Program-made: the position numbers and the translations under genes | The notes under the pieces: model-generated | The model's database searches: none | Told to the model about the DNA's origin: nothing | Seen by the model: only the letters and a program-made list of their open reading frames with translations | IMG/VR virus record: IMGVR_UViG_3300039216_000224 | Coordinates: 1-27,206 of that record | Strand: one strand, 5' to 3' | DNA length: 27,206 bases | Source: a virus | Taxonomy: Duplodnaviria > Caudoviricetes | Shown: in pieces, positions 23,707-27,206 of the stretch | Layout: each line of letters begins with the position of its first letter | Position numbering within the stretch: the first letter of the stretch is position 1

Positions 23707-25080
23707 TTACGTCATCTGCGAGGTTGGCGCATCCGTGCTCGGTTCCTTTGCGCCTGACTCTTTCAGGACTGCCCCCCCTGAATCATGGGCTTGTGGAGTG
23801 GTCCAATTGTTCGCCTGTTTTGCAAACTCCCCTCCGCCAGCGCCGCCATGCTTTCCGCTGGCGTCCATATTGGCCATGCCGTGCGGGGTCTTCCAGAACT
23901 CAACCGCCCGATCGACCAAACACACCTGTCTCTGGTCTGCATCTAGCCGCGGTCCTTGTGCATGATGGTCGCGGGTGTTTGGGGTTCGCCAATCACGCGT
24001 TGCCCCCAACAATGAATCCTGCGCGCCGGGATGATTCCCGCAGCATTCCGAGCCCTCCGCCCGCGCGGTGGGCCAGGATGAATACTCTTTCTCGCCGGTG
24101 CGGAGCTCCAACGTCGGACGCTCGAACACGACACCATTCCGAAGTGAACCCGAGGCTGGAAAGCGACCAGAAAACGTCTCCCAATGCTCCCCGAAGAGAG
24201 ACACTTTCTTCGTCATCCACCGGTTCCCCACAAGCTGGGCAACGTAACCCGGCAGCGTGTCTATCGGGCCCCTCTGGTTCAATTCCTCGACTCGATCTTT
24301 CGCCTTCTGAAATGCGACTAACCTCTCGGGTGTAACTTTCATGTTCCCGTTGTATTCTGGCCACTTCATCTCCATCAGTTCGATACAAATATCCAATTGC
24401 TCCCTCTTGAGGTTGATGAAGGGACGAATACGGCGCAGTACGCAAAGGAGCTTCTTCCCCGACATCTGCCATTTGACTGTCGATGATTCCCCCGGCCTGC
24501 GTCCGTCGATTGGACGAATCGATCCGCCATAACTCCGATAGATCGCGTTCAGCACCTGAACTGCCTTTGTCGCCATAGTAATCTGCATAACAACCGTGCA
24601 ACTCGAATGATCCACATCCGCTCTGATCGTCAGCGAACCCTCCCCATCTATCAAGCCAGCCGCATACGCATCGAAATCTCGATCCGCTTCCCGTGAACAG
24701 ACCTGGCACGTTTTCGATGAGCACGGTTGAAGGTCTAACTTCAGAGATGATTCGGGCATAGTGCCACCAGAGACTACTTCGTTCTCCATCGAAACCCTTT
24801 CTTGATCCGGCAACGGACAAGTCTTGGCACGGGAAGCCGCCAATGATGAGATCCACAACTCCACGCCACGGTCGGCCATTGAAGGCGGTAATATCCGTAA
24901 AAATCGGAGCGTCATCAAGCGAGCCATCGGCCATGCGCGCGCCCAGGATTTGGCAGGCCGCAAGCTCCCTCTCCACGAAACAAACCGTGCGAGCATCGGG
25001 AACAGCCAACTTGACTCCGAGATCGAGGCCTCCGATTCCAGAGAAGAGGGACAACACGTTGACGGTAAATGTATCCACAT
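23707..25080 (-). CDS. Beta-frame ORF overlapping the methyltransferase, containing a single-motif LAGLIDADG endonuclease domain and W-x-T-P repeats
   Basis: ATG 25080 (MWIHLPST...). AYAAGLIDGEGSL lies at about 24631-24669, and IRPFINLKREQLDI resembles I-CreI LQPFLKLKQKQANL. Repeats WPTA, WRTP, WKTP, WTTP follow. Confidence 0.8.
   Translation of the reverse strand: MWIHLPSTCCPSSLESEASISESSWLFPMLARFVSWRGSLRPAKSWARAWPMARLMTLRFLRILPPSMADRGVELWISSLAASRAKTCPLPDQERVSMENEVVSGGTMPESSLKLDLQPCSSKTCQVCSREADRDFDAYAAGLIDGEGSLTIRADVDHSSCTVVMQITMATKAVQVLNAIYRSYGGSIRPIDGRRPGESSTVKWQMSGKKLLCVLRRIRPFINLKREQLDICIELMEMKWPEYNGNMKVTPERLVAFQKAKDRVEELNQRGPIDTLPGYVAQLVGNRWMTKKVSLFGEHWETFSGRFPASGSLRNGVVFERPTLELRTGEKEYSSWPTARAEGSECCGNHPGAQDSLLGATRDWRTPNTRDHHAQGPRLDADQRQVCLVDRAVEFWKTPHGMANMDASGKHGGAGGGEFAKQANNWTTPQAHDSGGAVLKESGAKEPSTDAPTSQMT
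23993..25078 (-). CDS. DNA (cytosine-5) methyltransferase, motifs I-VIII, with an insertion of about 160 aa after motif VI
   Basis: LFSGIGG (I), GGFPCQDLS (IV), IENVPG (VI), GAPHRRERVFILA (VIII); GTG start; stops before motifs IX and X. Confidence 0.92.
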   Translation of the reverse strand: MDTFTVNVLSLFSGIGGLDLGVKLAVPDARTVCFVERELAACQILGARMADGSLDDAPIFTDITAFNGRPWRGVVDLIIGGFPCQDLSVAGSRKGFDGERSSLWWHYARIISEVRPSTVLIENVPGLFTGSGSRFRCVCGWLDRWGGFADDQSGCGSFELHGCYADYYGDKGSSGAERDLSELWRIDSSNRRTQAGGIIDSQMADVGEEAPLRTAPYSSLHQPQEGAIGYLYRTDGDEVARIQREHESYTREVSRISEGERSSRGIEPEGPDRHAAGLRCPACGEPVDDEESVSLRGALGDVFWSLSSLGFTSEWCRVRASDVGAPHRRERVFILAHRAGGGLGMLRESSRRAGFIVGGNA

Positions 25081-25084
25081 CAAT

Positions 25085-25276
25085 TCACCCTTTTCCCCCG
25101 CACCGCCCGCATCTCTCCACGTGCTCGGCCCGCAGCGCAAACAGCGTCTCGGCTATCCTGTGCCATTCTTTGCCGTGCCCGGTATCGGAGTTAGCGGCCT
25201 TTTCCATCCGAACACAGGAGACTTCCTGCTCTAACAGGTAGCGGGCCAGGACGCAGAACCTCGTTGGCGGCGTCAT
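25085..25276 (-). CDS. Small helical protein with C...HxxxCxxC
   Basis: 63 aa, ATGA overlap with the upstream gene, HVERCGRC tail. Confidence 0.6.
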   Translation of the reverse strand: MTPPTRFCVLARYLLEQEVSCVRMEKAANSDTGHGKEWHRIAETLFALRAEHVERCGRCGGKG

Positions 25277-25566
25277 CGATCTCGATTCGTTCTATGCGTG
25301 GCGCCAACCGTTCGCGCATCACGCTGGTTGCGGCCCGTGGACTCGATGTAACGGGATTTTAGCCCGTGGATCGCGCAGGCCGGGGACGTAAAAATCAGGC
25401 CCTCGGAATCCGGCTGATGGTTATTCGTGCAGATACAGCCCTTGCTGACGGCCGGCCTGGCCGCTTCTTTCATTGCGGCTATCTCCTCCGGCTTAACCAG
25501 CCTCTGCGTGCCCCCGTCGAGGGCGAGCATAGCTTCGATTTGGGCGGGGGTCCAGGTGGGGGTCAT
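25273..25566 (-). CDS. Hypothetical protein with a CxC...CxxH motif
   Basis: ATG 25566 follows the methylase stop; GCIC..N...CAIHG. Confidence 0.6.
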   Translation of the reverse strand: MTPTWTPAQIEAMLALDGGTQRLVKPEEIAAMKEAARPAVSKGCICTNNHQPDSEGLIFTSPACAIHGLKSRYIESTGRNQRDARTVGATHRTNRDR

Positions 25567-25582
25567 AGCGTACCGGCGTCTT

Positions 25583-27205
25583 TCAGAATAGCGTATCGCT
25601 GCGCACGGCCGCATAATTCAGATTTGCGACCGCCTGATTCCAATAGGAACGCTTTAGCTCGCTTCCAAGGAACTTGCGCCCCATCTCCAGCGCCACGACT
25701 CCGCTTGAGCCGATTCCAGCGAACGGATCATAGACTGTATCGCCAGGATTACTCCACAGTTTGATGCCGCGCCGGATTACCTCCAGTTGCAGCGGGCAGA
25801 TGTGCCTTTCGTCTTCGTGTTCGCGGGCCGATTCTTTCTGAAGGGTGTCCGAGGCGTTTATGTCCATCCACACCGGGCTGGCGAAGTTCTGCCAGAGCCT
25901 TACCGGGAATGTTTCATTGGTATTGGTAACGCGCTCCGGGTTATCTCCCGGCTTCCGCATGGTCACAAGATAGTCCGGTATTCCCTGTCTGCTCATGCAC
26001 GAGTCCTTCTTGATTTGCTTGTGCAGCAGGCCCAGGGCCTTCGTGCGCTGCATCGACGTAACCGGGTCCTTCCAAATGCAGACCTCTGAATGGTAGATGA
26101 ACCCCACCTCCTCATATGCCTTGATGATCTCGCCGCGGAAGTCACGCAAACCGATGTGACCATGGAACTGTTTTGAAGTGGGCAAGTTCATGCAATGGAT
26201 CGATACCAGACGACCCGGCATCGTGATGCGGAACTGCTCCCGGATAAGGAACCTGTAATGCTGCCAGAACTCATCCGATGTGCGGCTGTTGCCCATGTCG
26301 CGGTCGCTGTTTGAATAAGTGTACAGCGTCTCAAACGGCGGAGAGAACACGGAGTAATGGATCGTGTCGCTTTCTGTCTCCCGCGCCAAATCTAGGCAAT
26401 CGGCCAAATGGATCTTGAAACCTTCGCCCTCTGCATAATCGCGCACGTATGGCGATGAACTCCGGGTCGTGCCAACCAGATTCATGCGGGTCAAGTCCTG
26501 AGTGTTTTCAGCCATTTCCTCTGACATTTTTTCCGCCTCCTTATCCTTCCGTTTCAGGTTCTCAACCACGTTCCCCTCAGTGCTCGCCGCGATGATGTGC
26601 ACGTGAACGTCGCGGGTCTGCCCGAATCTCCAGGAACGCCGTACGGCCTGATAGAACTGCTCCCACGAATCGTTGACGCCCACGAATAACTGCCGCGCGC
26701 TATTTTGCAGATTCAGACCGTAGCCGAACATCGACGCCTTGGATACCAAATAGGGCACATCGCCCGACAGCCAGCGATTCAACAATTCTACTTTGCGTTC
26801 GGGGTCTAGCGAGCCATAGATTGAAACGCAACGGTCACCTAACTGCCGCGCTATTTCATCTTGCTCGGCATTCAAGTTACACCAGATAAGCCATTGCTCT
26901 GCGGGTTCGTCTCGAATCACTTTGACGGCCAGCGCGAGCCGCTCATCAATCGACGCCCGCCGCGCCCCAATACGCTCTTGCAAGGTTTCAGCCGGCAATG
27001 CGAAGAGGAATCCGTCTGTAGGCGTATCCACCTCGACAGCGTGAAAGTGTTCGTACTTTGGGGGCAGAGTAAAACCGTCGTCTTCGTAGCCGATGTCAGA
27101 TGGTTTCCGCATCGACACCGCCCACGAGCATACCCACTTCCAGAACTCTTTGCGGGCATGGCCCTTGAGGCGCCATTTCTGCGTGTCGCCTCCATCGTGA
27201 ACAAA
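25583..27205 (-). CDS. SNF2-like helicase fused to a beta-class N6A/N4C DNA methyltransferase; 5' partial
   Basis: The frame is open to the window end (FVHDGGDTQKWRLKGHARKEFWKW). Helicase-C motifs FGYGLNLQ and QAVRRSWRFGQ; MTase motif IV FSPPF precedes motif I DPFAGIGS. Confidence 0.9.
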   Translation of the reverse strand, partial: FVHDGGDTQKWRLKGHARKEFWKWVCSWAVSMRKPSDIGYEDDGFTLPPKYEHFHAVEVDTPTDGFLFALPAETLQERIGARRASIDERLALAVKVIRDEPAEQWLIWCNLNAEQDEIARQLGDRCVSIYGSLDPERKVELLNRWLSGDVPYLVSKASMFGYGLNLQNSARQLFVGVNDSWEQFYQAVRRSWRFGQTRDVHVHIIAASTEGNVVENLKRKDKEAEKMSEEMAENTQDLTRMNLVGTTRSSSPYVRDYAEGEGFKIHLADCLDLARETESDTIHYSVFSPPFETLYTYSNSDRDMGNSRTSDEFWQHYRFLIREQFRITMPGRLVSIHCMNLPTSKQFHGHIGLRDFRGEIIKAYEEVGFIYHSEVCIWKDPVTSMQRTKALGLLHKQIKKDSCMSRQGIPDYLVTMRKPGDNPERVTNTNETFPVRLWQNFASPVWMDINASDTLQKESAREHEDERHICPLQLEVIRRGIKLWSNPGDTVYDPFAGIGSSGVVALEMGRKFLGSELKRSYWNQAVANLNYAAVRSDTLF

Positions 27206-27206
27206 G

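Noticed and set aside
23523-24335. 270-aa plus-strand ORF opposite the methyltransferase locus
   Set aside because: Ser/Pro/Arg-rich antisense frame with no domain signal.
24205-24694. Intein or group I intron explanation for the LAGLIDADG insert
   Set aside because: No intein terminal motifs are visible, the endonuclease is out of frame with the catalytic chain, and there is little non-coding room for a ribozyme core. It is not formally excluded without a covariance-model search.

Overview
This window is part of a (pro)phage transcribed almost entirely on the minus strand. Two protein families point to an Acidobacteriota host (inference). From right to left it holds a partial SNF2-helicase/N6-N4 methyltransferase fusion, then a C5-cytosine methyltransferase locus coded in two overlapping frames. 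That locus carries a LAGLIDADG endonuclease domain inserted with both frames left open, and an array of W-x-T-P repeats. Next come a Strawberry-notch-like helicase truncated by a 3050-bp IS1-family element (perfect 29-bp terminal inverted repeats, no target duplication, four passenger genes), a replication initiator with iterons and DnaB, and small accessory genes. The head module follows: large terminase, portal-gpF fusion, protease/scaffold and major capsid. It stops at a terminator facing a convergent Ig-like repeat gene. The strongest candidate for a new system is the double-frame methyltransferase with its apparently splicing-free homing endonuclease, bracketed in the methyltransferase frame by CxC and CxxC motifs. 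All family assignments come from motif recognition by eye; no database search was run.
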